Below are positions 9,929 to 21,019 of a DNA stretch of 64,000 nt, piece by piece. How positions within the stretch are numbered: position 1 is the first letter of the stretch; every line of letters begins with the position of its first letter. Origin of the DNA: Cladosporium halotolerans (lineage: Eukaryota); assembly GCF_011745625.1 (NCBI RefSeq), contig NW_027191455.1, positions 620,001-684,000 on the forward strand. Direction: 5' to 3'. The notes beneath the pieces were generated by a model that saw only the letters and a list, made by a program, of their open reading frames with translations, ran no database searches and had not been told where the DNA came from. A program made the position numbers and the translations under genes.

Positions 9929-10227
9929 TTACACGTAGACGCCGACGGCACAGATCATGTAGACAGCACCGAAGCCGAAAGTTAGAGAAGCCGGGACGGC
10001 ATACAGGGGAAGATTCTTGAGACTGTTGTCTGCAAAATTATCAGTACGCCGTCGCGACCGAGAGACAAGCATCTGAAGTACTTACTCAGGCCAAAGAGGC
10101 CAGTGAACAGGAGAGCCGCGAACAGTAGACCGAAGCCGACGGTGAACTGCTGAGACTTGTCGATTGTGGGAGCAAAGGGCTGGCTCGCCGAGGCGTCCCA
10201 AAGATCCTGAAGAGGCGTGGAAGACAT
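9929..10227 (-). CDS. OST5: Oligosaccharyltransferase subunit Ost5/TMEM258 (80 aa); intron 10030-10085
   Basis: Splicing GTAAGT..CTGAT..GCAG gives MSSTPLQDLW...LFTGLFGL-N-NSLKNLPLYAVPASLTFGFGAVYMICAVGVYV*. The C-terminus matches the Ost5/UPF0197 consensus. The complete gene is not shown in the ORF track. Confidence 0.9.
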
Positions 10228-10534
10228 GGAGTGCTCGTCGAAATTGCAAGGCAACGTATTGGTTCAGAGAGTGGATGATGTCTCCTTGTCAACAGAGCAG
10301 CAGTGAGGCTTCACGGACATGCAGCCATTGAACAGCTGGAGCTCGGCTTCTGGAAAGCCGCATACTGGCCTCAGGCACCAGTATTCACGTGTCAACGGCG
10401 TGGCTTCCGCACATCCCATCGAGTGACGCTCCGCAGCTGGCCAAAGCCATCATCGCGAAGTCGGCCTCCGAGCGAGTTAAGAGGTCTAATCGCAACACAC
10501 ACCCAGCACATTACCACAGCATTCTGCAACAAGT

Positions 10535-12030
10535 ATGGCCCAAGGGGCGCTAGCAGACGAGGGTGAGTAGTCTCCATTATCTTGCAATTGCGCAATAGCA
10601 CCAACCAACATGCGACACGGCGCGTCGAGCGAACGCTCCGCCGTCGCAGGTAAACGCCGATTAGTGCCAGTCAATACTAATTGCGTATCTCTGTAGCACC
10701 TAAGAGGAAAGCCGAAGCTGATCTGAACGGCGACACGAACGGTCATGACGCGAAACGAATCAAACCTTCGACTTCCCCCGAACCTGAGCTCCCTCCACCG
10801 AAGGAGGAGGAGGACGAGACCAATGGCACCAACGGCACGAATGGAGCAAACGGCACCACCTTTGAATACAGACCTGCCATTCCTTTCCCTGAAAAGCCTG
10901 CTGTGCTAGAGGAGCGCAACGGCGACATCTCTTTCTGCGTAGTCAACAATGATGGCAAGCCTCACTCTTCGATCATCCTCACCGGTCTCAAATGCATCTT
11001 CCAGAAACAGCTACCCAAAATGCCGAAGGATTACATTGCAAGATTGGTATATGACAGGACACATCTGAGCATTGCAATCGTGAAGCGCCCGCCTACTGGA
11101 AGCTTTGCTGAAAGCTCCGGCTTGCCTGGAGAAGTTGTGGGAGGAATCACATACCGACCCTTTAAAGGGCGACAATTTGCTGAGATTGTGTTCTGTGCTA
11201 TTAGCAGTGACCAGCAAGTGAAAGGATATGGTGCTCATTTGATGTGTCACCTGAAAGATTATGTCCGCGCCTCGAGCGATGTGATGCATTTTCTCACATA
11301 CGCCGACAATTACGCCATCGGCTACTTCAAGAAACAAGGCTTCACCAAGGAAATCACGCTCGACAAGCCTAAATGGATGGGCTACATCAAAGATTACGAG
11401 GGCGGTACCATCATGCAGTGCTCTATGCTGCCCAAGATCCGCTATCTAGAGTCCGGACGCTTGCTGTTGAAACAGAAAGCTGCCGTTCATGCCAAAATCA
11501 GTGCGAACAGCGCCAGCTACACGACACACTATCCTCCCGCGCAATGGAAAAAGCTCAAACCAGGCGAGCCTATTCCGGCGATAGATCCACTAACCATTGA
11601 TGCCATCAAAGCCACTGGCTGGAGTCCTGATATGGATGCACTGGCTCGACAACCGCGCCGCAATCCCTCCCACAGCCTCTTCATGAGCCTTCTCAACGCC
11701 CTGCAGACATCGTCAGCTTCATGGCCTTTCTTGGCACCTGTGAACAAGGACGAAGTGCACGATTATTACGAGGTAATCAAAGAGCCTATGGATCTTGGGA
11801 CCATGGAGCAAAAGCTTGAGAAGGACCAGTATGAAGTGGTGGAAGACTTTGTCAAGGATGTGCTGCTTATTGTGCGGAATTGCAAGCGTTACAATGCAGA
11901 GAACACGCCCTACGCTAAAGCAGCGAACAAGCTGGAGAAGGAAATGTGGAAGCGGATCAAGGAAATCCCCGAGTGGAGCTACTTGGAATCGGACAGCTTT
12001 GAAACGACGAACAGGCAAGATGGGAAGTGA
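10535..12030 (+). CDS. GCN5: Histone acetyltransferase Gcn5 (GNAT HAT + bromodomain); intron 10563-10696 (5' exon model uncertain)
   Basis: [54 protein letters not shown]; bromodomain [23 protein letters not shown]. Confidence 0.97.
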
Positions 12031-12423
12031 TGATAGTAAGGAAAGATTAGCTACGGATGCGGATCCAGATTTTATGTGATACCCCAATATGAATATCATT
12101 CTTCAATTGCCGCATTCTTCACGTGCATTTCCAGTCCTTTTCAGCTTCATTGCATCGCGAAACAACAGTTGTTCCGCGGCTGTGAGCCCTTCAACTCGGT
12201 TGGCCATTCATGAAAGTACCTTGCACTGTGAAGTGCCAAGCCTCAGGCTGGACTTCATCGAACGTCACGTCAGCTTCACCAGGACAGGGCTGTTGAGAAT
12301 CGCTTACACATGCGCGCGAAATGCATGATTCGCGTTTGTGATAGTGATCGTTACATGTGTAGAAACAACTCTTCTTCAGCGCAACCACTTTACTTGTGAA
12401 GAACCAGGCTTTGCAGCGCCGAC

Positions 12424-13269
12424 ATGTCCTCGCCACCACAGGCACAGGCTGGGGGCTTTCTATCGCCCCCTCCTTCTTCAGTGACTTCGTCTGTCACTAA
12501 TGCCCATGCCGAGCTGCCACATCCTCGGTCAACACCTTTGAAGCCTGGTGGAAACAAAGAAAGTGCTTTCATTCGCTACGTGGACGACCGTATCCTTCAC
12601 ATCCAGAGGCGCTTCGCCAAGCGTGAGACACCGTCTACCAACGGCGAGGACGCGGAGAAAGACGCCGCTGCTATCTGGGACAGTGTCAAAGGCTACAAGA
12701 GCATGCGCGAAGCGTGCAAAGATCTAGAAAATCTCGTCGGCGTGGTTTGGGTGAGCGGCACTCCAGGGCTTCAGATTCCGTATCTAATTAATCTGGCACT
12801 GCTCATGACGACGGTCATTGCTGGAATGCCTGCCAACCCGAAACAATTGTTCCGATTATTGGCGAAGCTGGATCATGCGTTTGCTAGTTTGCTGCAAGGA
12901 AAGGATGTTGAGAGCGGAGAAAGACTGCCTGGTTTCGAAAACAGACGTGGCGTTAGCGGGACGGAGAAAGTGAGGATTCGAAGCTTGGTTGAGAGGACTA
13001 GGAGAAGCGTGATGGACAGTCTCAAGTCTGGAGAAATGGAAGAGGCGGACGCGTCGGACGAAGAAGATGCCGGCTCCAAAATGGAAACGGATCGCGAAGA
13101 TGACCTTGAAGGCGAGCTGATTTTGGAGGGCGACGGCCCGTACGCTTCTGGACAGGAGGAGGAGAGCTGGGAAATGCAGATCGCGAGAGTATATGATCGC
13201 ACAATGGTTGAGCTAGGGGACAGTCTGGATACGCCTAACATTGGGATCGTCACCGAGGGCCGCACTTGA
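12424..13269 (+). CDS. TFB6: TFIIH-associated subunit Tfb6-like protein
   Basis: LPHPRSTPLKPG..ESAFIRYVD; VWVSGTPGLQIPYL; KLDHAFASLL; VSGTEKVRIRSLVERTR. Recalled as the filamentous-fungal Tfb6 family. Confidence 0.7.
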   Translation: MSSPPQAQAGGFLSPPPSSVTSSVTNAHAELPHPRSTPLKPGGNKESAFIRYVDDRILHIQRRFAKRETPSTNGEDAEKDAAAIWDSVKGYKSMREACKDLENLVGVVWVSGTPGLQIPYLINLALLMTTVIAGMPANPKQLFRLLAKLDHAFASLLQGKDVESGERLPGFENRRGVSGTEKVRIRSLVERTRRSVMDSLKSGEMEEADASDEEDAGSKMETDREDDLEGELILEGDGPYASGQEEESWEMQIARVYDRTMVELGDSLDTPNIGIVTEGRT

Positions 13270-14024
13270 GCTCGATGGCGAAGCGGCCATTCGGCGTTAT
13301 GCACATGCCAATCTGTTGCTTCGCTAGGCCCTCTCCAAATCCAGGTTTCTTGATCGACCAGGACCTCAGCTTTGTCGGCGAAAATGTGCTAGGCGACACC
13401 GCAAGTCGTTCAGACCTGGGGTTTTGATGAAATTGGCCTTCCACCGTGCGGTGTGCCCTCGGAAGCTATGAAGGAACCTATGGTGGTGAGTACCCAGCCG
13501 AGATGGGTACAACATGGCACCTGCATTTGCCTGTCGCGATGAGGTTATCGGTCCTGATGTCGGTTCCGAGGTCTTTGTGCTGCTCTCACGCCACACAAGG
13601 GCAGCGACAAGTGAATCTCGACACGATTCCCCTCATACCGGCTTGTTGAATTGGTGGAAGGAACGGTCTACTGGTCGCAATGTCATTGGAAAGCTCTGGC
13701 AAGCCTCATGGACGTTACGTTGATTCGACACAGGGTCGGCGCGCCTGGAAAAGGCGCTCGACGAGTTGAAGTTAGCCGGCCCCACTGGTGAGGTGCTCGT
13801 TAGAGGCTTGCACGGCGCCTTATCGTGGGCGTCTCTTAAGCGGAGTTGCCGCGCAGCGCGTTCTCACCTTGATCGTACACAAACAAATCAACCCTGACAA
13901 GACTTGAAGTCACTGACATTGAATCCCTGGGATCTTGCCTCATTTCCTCCAGACCTCTATACCACTACTCCATCACGCCTGCCTTCAACAGGTGTGCGAA
14001 AAGCGGTCCGCCGCGTTCAGCTGG

Positions 14025-16385
14025 ATGCCGACATACAAGTCCCTCGGCATTAGCGCCTCACTGTCGGTGTCTGAACTCAACACCACCCTTTCCGATGGCA
14101 TCAAGTTACGCATGGGCTCAGACCAGCAGGACGATGCTGACCGCATCAAGCTCCAGCTTGCCAATGGTCGTACGCTACGCGAGCGTCCGTGTGGCAATGC
14201 TGACGGAAAAGTGAGTACCAATGTCATGCAATTTGTGGGCGATAATGAGGACATGATCCTTTTCGTGGTTGTGGCTAGGGACAAGGAAGAAGCGGAGCAG
14301 CGGGTACAGACCTTTCTACAGCAGGAGACCGACACCGAGAGTGCTTGCAAAAACTTGAGTTCTGCAATTCGTGTACGTACTCTGGATCTCGAGAAGCAAC
14401 TGCAGGCCGACCTCGATCCCTCCGATGCCACCAATGGTACCTTAGAGGATGGAAACCTTTCAAAGCGTAAGCGATCGAGCATTCGACAGCGCGAGATCAA
14501 AGACAGCCAAGCTGGTAACAGCACGAGGAATAACGACCAAGCGAGCGCCAACAAGCGTGGTAAAGGTAAGTCAACCATGCACATGAGGCAATTTGAGAGA
14601 TTGACAACCTCCGCAGGTTCCGAGTTAATTTCTAGGTCAATCAAAGAGCAAACCACTTCTTCTCAGCGCGCCCCTGATGGCCCACTTGCACTGGATCTTT
14701 CCGTCGATTGTACGAAGTTTCTCGAGCGTGGAAAAGATCATAGTCCCCTCTCTCGCAAAGACCTCAAGTTCGAGGTTTACTTGAATGGCCAACTGGTCGA
14801 AGTCAGCTACGAGAATCTGCGCCGCATATGTGGGCGATACGGGAAACGAGGTGGCTTCTTCCAGTTCAGTGGAACCAGATTCCATCGTCAAAGCGAGAAG
14901 CCATGGGTCTACGTGCCGACAAAAGTGCTTGACAAAGACGATGGACAGGCTGATCTACGCTGGTCTGAGATCAGCGCTGGTTTGCAGCAAGAGGCCACTG
15001 CTCGCGGCACCGATGTGTTTCAGCAGCGCCCCATCTCCGCGCAATACCTCATCGCGCTGTCTCACATGGACCTACCTGAAGACTTGAAGGGCCACACCAA
15101 ATTTGCGGTGGTTGACTTGCTCATCACGGCTGGAAGGGGCTGTAAATATGGACCAGAGACGAGTTACATTTTCGGACCGACTCGCATGGAAGACAACACT
15201 TTCAGCGAACATGCACCTATTTTGGAAGGTCTAGGACCTTACCGTGAGCTCGATGGCGAAATCACAATGGAGTGCGACGACCTTACTTCCTGCAGCCTCC
15301 CGGTACCGTCTTTCATGACCGAAACTGCTCCTACGCAACCCCAGCAGCCGTGCCATCCACCGAGCCCGCAAACACCACGAAGCATGTACAAACGCGCCAC
15401 TCAAGCTTACCGTGACGTGCTTGAAGGCGCTGTCGTCAAAAATGGAATTCATAAATACGAGGGCTCCCAAGGCCGCACGAAAGGCACTCGTACTCTGAGA
15501 CAGCGGCTTGGTGACATGCTGAAGATGTCGACCCAGAGACGGCGCGATGTATTGGACGATATGCAGGATGACCTCGATCCAGAGACTCTAAACATCATCA
15601 AGAAGGCCCTTCAGATGGATGATGCTCCACCAGACAGCGTGCCAATGCCCCCTCGCAAGCAAGTTCGCTTTGTGGAGGAGAACATCATGGGTGCGCTTGA
15701 TGGCGCGCAGGAGAATGATATGCAGAAATCTTCTTCGGCCGTCAACACAAGTAAGCTAGATGGCGCAGTAGTTGAGCGAGAGTCGCTGGCAGGCGCTCAG
15801 CGCAGGCCCTCCACATCTTGGCTCACCTTGCCGGATCGAACGGTCAGAAATACCAGAGCGAATGCTTTGGCCAACTCGCCAATTCCATTCTCTGTCGAGA
15901 ATTCGTACCCCGGTGGAGTCCGCTCGGCTCTTTCAGACCCGACGCTTGATGGGAGCAGCGAGAAGTCGCCGGTCCTTGACCCCGCTCTTATCGCACCAGA
16001 GTCCTCGACACCGTGTGGCTATTTCCAAAACCCCTTTACTGCCGCAGCGACCCAGTCCGCCTCACAGGACGGTGTACACAGCCATGCTGAGGCTACGATA
16101 GCCGATTTCGCACCACAGGACCAGGTCACCAGCCCTACTCTGGATTCGCCAACCCGACTCGCCGCCCAAGGCCATGTTTCTGGCGCAAACAGAACCAGGC
16201 TCCGCTGGAATCCAAACGAGAAAACGGCAGAGGAGGCCCTGAAAGACTTTCAGATTCCGGATCTGTGCAAAGGCAGTGTGGTCACCTACGCCGAAGGTAT
16301 GGCCCAGAGACAAGTTGAGAAAGCTCGTGGAGGAGAGTTCCACGAGGAGGACATCGTGGTCGGGATGCGCTTCATTGTTATTTGA
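14025..16385 (+). CDS. Hypothetical fungal protein (~786 aa)
   Basis: Long uninterrupted ORF with first ATG at 14025 (MPTYKSLGI). Globular-looking blocks DLKFEVYLNG..FSGTRFHR and a C-terminal SVVTYAE..RQVEKARGGEF..VGMRFIV. Confidence 0.75.
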   Translation: MPTYKSLGISASLSVSELNTTLSDGIKLRMGSDQQDDADRIKLQLANGRTLRERPCGNADGKVSTNVMQFVGDNEDMILFVVVARDKEEAEQRVQTFLQQETDTESACKNLSSAIRVRTLDLEKQLQADLDPSDATNGTLEDGNLSKRKRSSIRQREIKDSQAGNSTRNNDQASANKRGKGKSTMHMRQFERLTTSAGSELISRSIKEQTTSSQRAPDGPLALDLSVDCTKFLERGKDHSPLSRKDLKFEVYLNGQLVEVSYENLRRICGRYGKRGGFFQFSGTRFHRQSEKPWVYVPTKVLDKDDGQADLRWSEISAGLQQEATARGTDVFQQRPISAQYLIALSHMDLPEDLKGHTKFAVVDLLITAGRGCKYGPETSYIFGPTRMEDNTFSEHAPILEGLGPYRELDGEITMECDDLTSCSLPVPSFMTETAPTQPQQPCHPPSPQTPRSMYKRATQAYRDVLEGAVVKNGIHKYEGSQGRTKGTRTLRQRLGDMLKMSTQRRRDVLDDMQDDLDPETLNIIKKALQMDDAPPDSVPMPPRKQVRFVEENIMGALDGAQENDMQKSSSAVNTSKLDGAVVERESLAGAQRRPSTSWLTLPDRTVRNTRANALANSPIPFSVENSYPGGVRSALSDPTLDGSSEKSPVLDPALIAPESSTPCGYFQNPFTAAATQSASQDGVHSHAEATIADFAPQDQVTSPTLDSPTRLAAQGHVSGANRTRLRWNPNEKTAEEALKDFQIPDLCKGSVVTYAEGMAQRQVEKARGGEFHEEDIVVGMRFIVI

Positions 16386-17025
16386 GCGTGGAGACTGCCT
16401 GCTACGGCATGCACTGAGCTGCTGCTTGTTCTTGAGACGCATAATGAGCGATGCGTGTGAGAAAAGCTAATGGAATGACAAGGAGGAGGCAGGGAATTGC
16501 ACATGCTTGCTGGCTCGGAGAAAGCCCGTCTTTTTGTTTATAGCCCACAGGCACTGCGATTCAAGTTGAAAGAGGGCGATCGTGCCTGTAACTTGCAAAG
16601 GGTAAGAAGTATAGCTGAACGTCAATAACGAATTGAAGGAACACCTACCTGTGCATCAATTACCAAACGATCCTGAGGTCACATGTAGGGGAAAGGTGGG
16701 AATTGATTAACCCCAGATCTCGTCCCCATCGATGAGATCGGGCCATTCTTCTAGCGTCGCTGATCAATGCGGGATGGTTTCATTCGCCCACATGGCCGCT
16801 GTCGGCACGGAGTTGCGTGCCGTAGCATGCGTAATTGACTTTTGCAGAGAGCGCGATTGGCTGCAACGAGACGTCGCTCGTTACATATGATGTATGAAAC
16901 AAGGAAAAGAGTGTACGGCTTTATATAGATCCCTTGCGGAATTATCAGGACAACAATCTTGCTACTTCGGTCAATCTTCATTCACCAAGCTTTTCTTCAA
17001 AACAATAGTCTTCTCACAAACGACG

Positions 17026-17672
17026 ATGGGCGAAACAATCTCCGACGCGATCGCTGCTGACCATCACTCTTTCGACGAGTATGCGGACTACCTAAAGACC
17101 GCCACAGACGATGCCGAGAAAGTCCGGTGGCGGAATCAACTGACATGGACTGTCGCAAGGCACGCCATCAGCGAAGAATTGACACTCTATCCGGCCATGG
17201 AAAAACATCTGGGAGAGGAAGGTGTTCGACTATCGAAGACAGACAAGGAGCAACATCAAGCAGTGGGTATCTTATTGTTCTAGCTAGTCCGTGGTATGTT
17301 GACCTTCGTAAACAGGTCAAGAACACTCTCTATGAACTGCAGGATATGTCCCCTATCGACTCCAAGTTCTTGCCGCTGCTCGAGACCCTCCTCGAGAACC
17401 TCCACCACCACATCGAACACGAAAAGGACGAGGACATGCCTCGACTTGAGAAGCTCCTGTCTCGCGAAGAGAGCGAGAGGCTTGCTAAGAGCTTCAAGCG
17501 CACCAAGAACATTGTGCCCACCCGCAGTCATCCTGCTGCCCCAACAGAGTTCTATGCAGAGTCGCTCGCTGGTTTGCTGGCAATGCCGATCGATCGATTT
17601 CAGGATTGGTTGAGAGATTTCCCGGATGAGCAGGACGTCGAGGATGCGAAGGCAAGGACCGGTTATGAATGA
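17026..17672 (+). CDS. Hemerythrin/HHE cation-binding domain protein; intron 17263-17315
   Basis: ISDAIAADH..ARHAISEELTLYP..H..HHIEHEK..MP..VPTRSHPAAP. The intron GTGGGT..TTGAC..ACAG joins two ORFs in frame. Confidence 0.9.
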
Positions 17673-17973
17673 GCTTTGTCGCGGAAGGGTATTTCGTATG
17701 GAGTCTTCCGTATCCCACTTTAATGTCACTGGTCGTCTGCTGGGTCATGTAACCAATACCGAGGCTGCTGCGTCTGCTTCGATGAGACCACGAGGGATTT
17801 GGTAGCAATCGTGTATTCATCGCAGAGCGGGCCGAGGCGCCTTGGAAACTGCGGTGCCGGAAAACCGCCAAGTGGATGCAAGATCAACTGCGACAGGCCA
17901 AGGTCCATTTGGCGTGACGGTGGATGTTCATAGGTCCCATTTTTAAGCGGTGCGGAAAATGCACTACATGCAA

Positions 17974-18810
17974 TCATTTCACACGCTGACGGACCTTGAA
18001 CTTTGTACCGCTCTTGTTAACGCCGCCTTTCTTGCCGTTCATTTGCACTCTTTGATCCTCGAGCTCCCGTAGCGCAGTCGAGAGATCTTCCTCGCGGTCT
18101 TTCGCAGCCCCAAGCTTGTTGCGCCTCGTCTCTATGTGATGCTTCTTGCGCTTGGCTGCTGCTCTTGCTGCCTTTTCTTCCTTGGTTGTAGGCTTGGGCT
18201 CAGCTTTCTCTTCAGGCGCATCTGACATGTCTGTGTCTGGCCCGTCGAGGTCGTCCAGTCCGTCCAGTGGTTCCATGCCTTCCAGACCATCGAAGCCAGC
18301 AAATTCGTCCATATCGTCAAAACCATCCATGTCCTCATCCCGGGGATCGAGCTCTTCACCCTCATCTCCAAAGACGATCCTGTTCTTCCCAAAAGAAGCG
18401 CCGATCTTGACACCGTTCTCCAGCGCAGTGACCTCCTGCTCCAGCCTTGCAATCTCTTTCCTTGTGCTCTGCAGCACTGTTCTGAGGTATGCCACGTCCT
18501 GAGTCTTCATCAACTTCACGACGTCCATGCTCAAACTCTTTCCGCCGCCACCACTGTTCTCCGCGCCTCGCTTTGCGACTTTAACACCATTCTTGGTCGA
18601 GCTGTTCATCATCCCAAAGTAGAATTCATCCTCGTTCCTGTCGGCCGCCTTGGCCTTGAGCGCATTGAGCTTGCGCTTTTTCTGGTTGTGGTCCTTCGCT
18701 CGGAGAGAGTAGTCCTTGCGTTTTTCGAGCAAGCCCCATTTTTGGCGCTCCAGTGGTTGCGCTCGCTCTTTGTGGTTGCGCCGCTGAACGGCATTGCGCA
18801 TGGACGACAT
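17974..18810 (-). CDS. UTP11: U3 snoRNP / SSU processome protein Utp11
   Basis: MSSMRNAVQRRNHKERAQP..WGLLEKRKDY..RA..RNEDEFYFGM; LMKTQD. Confidence 0.95.
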   Translation of the reverse strand: MSSMRNAVQRRNHKERAQPLERQKWGLLEKRKDYSLRAKDHNQKKRKLNALKAKAADRNEDEFYFGMMNSSTKNGVKVAKRGAENSGGGGKSLSMDVVKLMKTQDVAYLRTVLQSTRKEIARLEQEVTALENGVKIGASFGKNRIVFGDEGEELDPRDEDMDGFDDMDEFAGFDGLEGMEPLDGLDDLDGPDTDMSDAPEEKAEPKPTTKEEKAARAAAKRKKHHIETRRNKLGAAKDREEDLSTALRELEDQRVQMNGKKGGVNKSGTKFKVRQRVK

Positions 18811-20035
18811 GCTTGCAACTTCTTCTGGATCAAGTGCGGGCGGAGAGTTGTGTTGCAAAAGAGTAGCCCAGTTCTCGTTCCTCTAGGAAATTCTTAGAGC
18901 CGAGGGTCGGAATCATCCGAGGATTTGCCGATCCTGAAGCACTTCGCCTCACGCCTCCAGATCCATCTGATCCATCGTAAAGCAACCCCCATACACTCGA
19001 CTGGTGCCATGGAATGCCTGTGGTGGTCATGAATATCTGTTCGCAAGAAAGTCCACAGCCCACCATGAAAGTCTAAACTAGCCACAAATGCCTGACTTGC
19101 GTCCCGCACTTCCTACTCCTGGGTCCATGGGCCCTATCTCAATCTGGATCACGGAAGTTCGAAGATCATGAGCAATTTCGTCAAGTAAAATCAATTGAGT
19201 ACCTATAAATTGTATTACCTGAGGTGATGATGCAGGCAATGTGGTAGCGGTCCTACCCAACGAACGTATCGACTGATAGCGCTCGCGGTTTCAAACATGC
19301 GATCACATGGTGCAAGGTCCCGAAATCTCTTTGCTAAGCTAGCATAAATCAGTACGACAATTGGGTGTCTCATTTTGTCCGAACCTGCAGATGCAAGGAA
19401 TATGAGATTCGATCGCCGCACACGCCCAAGCCCATCAATGGCAGCCGCGTGGCTTGAAGACATGATGATTCGTACGCACGCCAATGTTCTTTTGGACGAG
19501 GCACCTCGACCGTAACGAGGGAAGTTACTAGCAATTTGCTTGAGGACCATACGATTGAGAAGCACATGGACATTGAAGACTTGATCGGGGGCCAATGCTG
19601 GTCCTGTGGTAATCAAAGGTGGTATGACAACCGGCCGTCTCCATGCCGTGAAACGTGAGAGTATATGTGTAACATCTGTGAGGATTCAGCCCAGGTAAGT
19701 CCGATTTTGATGCATGTCATCTCTAAGGGGGCTGCATGATTCGCTGTCTTGCTCGGATGCAGCATTTCCCAGTTGTGAAGCTCTCACTCACTAGATCTGC
19801 AGCTCGCAATCGAGGTAACTTGATAGCAAAACCTACAGTGAACTTTCACAAAGTCAACTGCTGGAATCTCGCTTGCTTGTGGCGAAGCAATAGCTCACCT
19901 ATCGCTACGCTCGACAGCATGTACGCCCCGCACCGCATCACTCACTACATGCCCATGCGCAAGCACAGCGCACAACCCACAGCAGTCGACCAAACACATC
20001 AACTAGCGCCTCAACTACCCCGTCTCACAGCAGCG

Positions 20036-20570
20036 ATGAATCCGCAGGTCGGCGCACACACCTTCAGACTCCCACCCGAGCTCCCCAACAACATCTACGA
20101 GCACGTCTTCGCCGCCATCCACGACCGCGCGATAGATCTCGAATCGGCCCAGGCAACCGCTCCGCGCCTCGTACACCGCCTTCTGGTCGGAAAACACCTT
20201 CCGCCTCAGCAGCAAGCGCGGGTGGCACGACAGCTGGGTCACCGAAGAGCAAGTCGAGCGCGTGCGCCAGGTCGTGATTGACTGGGAATACGCCAGCCGT
20301 GAAAGATACTACCAAGGCCGCGTGCTCCTGAAGCGGCGCTTCGCCTTCGCCTTCGGCCTCCTCTGGACGATCAAGCTGGAAGTCAGGGGCCTGGCGGAGC
20401 TCATGACGGAGAAGCTGCACTACTACCACGGAAGCTCTGGGAAGTTCAACAGATTGTCCCGTATGGACTCTCGTGAGAGGAATCCGAGAGCTCAGCTGGC
20501 GAGGCTGATGGGATATTGTCACAAGGAACTCAGGCAGTGGCGGAGGCGGAATATGAACGAGACTTTGTGA
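20036..20570 (+). pseudogene. Probable frameshifted pseudogene of an F-box-like 'LPPELRN.IY' family protein
   Basis: One frame gives MNPQ..FRLPPELPNNIYEHVF. A shifted frame from ~20165 gives ASYTAFWSENTFRL...VRQVVIDWEY. No intron reconciles the two frames. Confidence 0.55.
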
Positions 20571-21019
20571 CGGGGCAGAGGCAGAAAAGTGCATCTCTCT
20601 AGGGGCTCTGGCGAAGCAGGTTGGCGCAAGCTGACATGCTGTATTCTCCTTGTACTGTAGTCTAATGAAAAGCGGTTGAATATTCCGCGTCTCCAGCTCC
20701 AATCTCATGTTCATTCTAGATAATCCTCGTAGATGCCTACATTATGTCATTCTGCGATCCGAAACAAAGGCCGTGACAAGAAAACCACAAACAAAAAGCT
20801 TCAGAAAGGGAAAAAGGGGTAAATCTATGCCGCTAAAAACCACCTCCCGACGCCCGCCACATGCTCACGTGGAAATCATAAGCAATGGTATATCCAGTCC
20901 GAACGCCACTGCAACTCCCGCCAACTCGGGAGAGTCGTAAGAAAAGAAAATGCCCGTTTCGTTCCCGCCGCCAATCTCGTGAACCAAAAGCAAGCAAGCA
21001 AGCAAGCAACACCCAACAC

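Noticed and set aside
19223..19275. Possible C/D snoRNA (GTGATGA...CTGA)
   Set aside because: Only ~53 nt, with no terminal stem and no rRNA-complementary guide that I could recognise.
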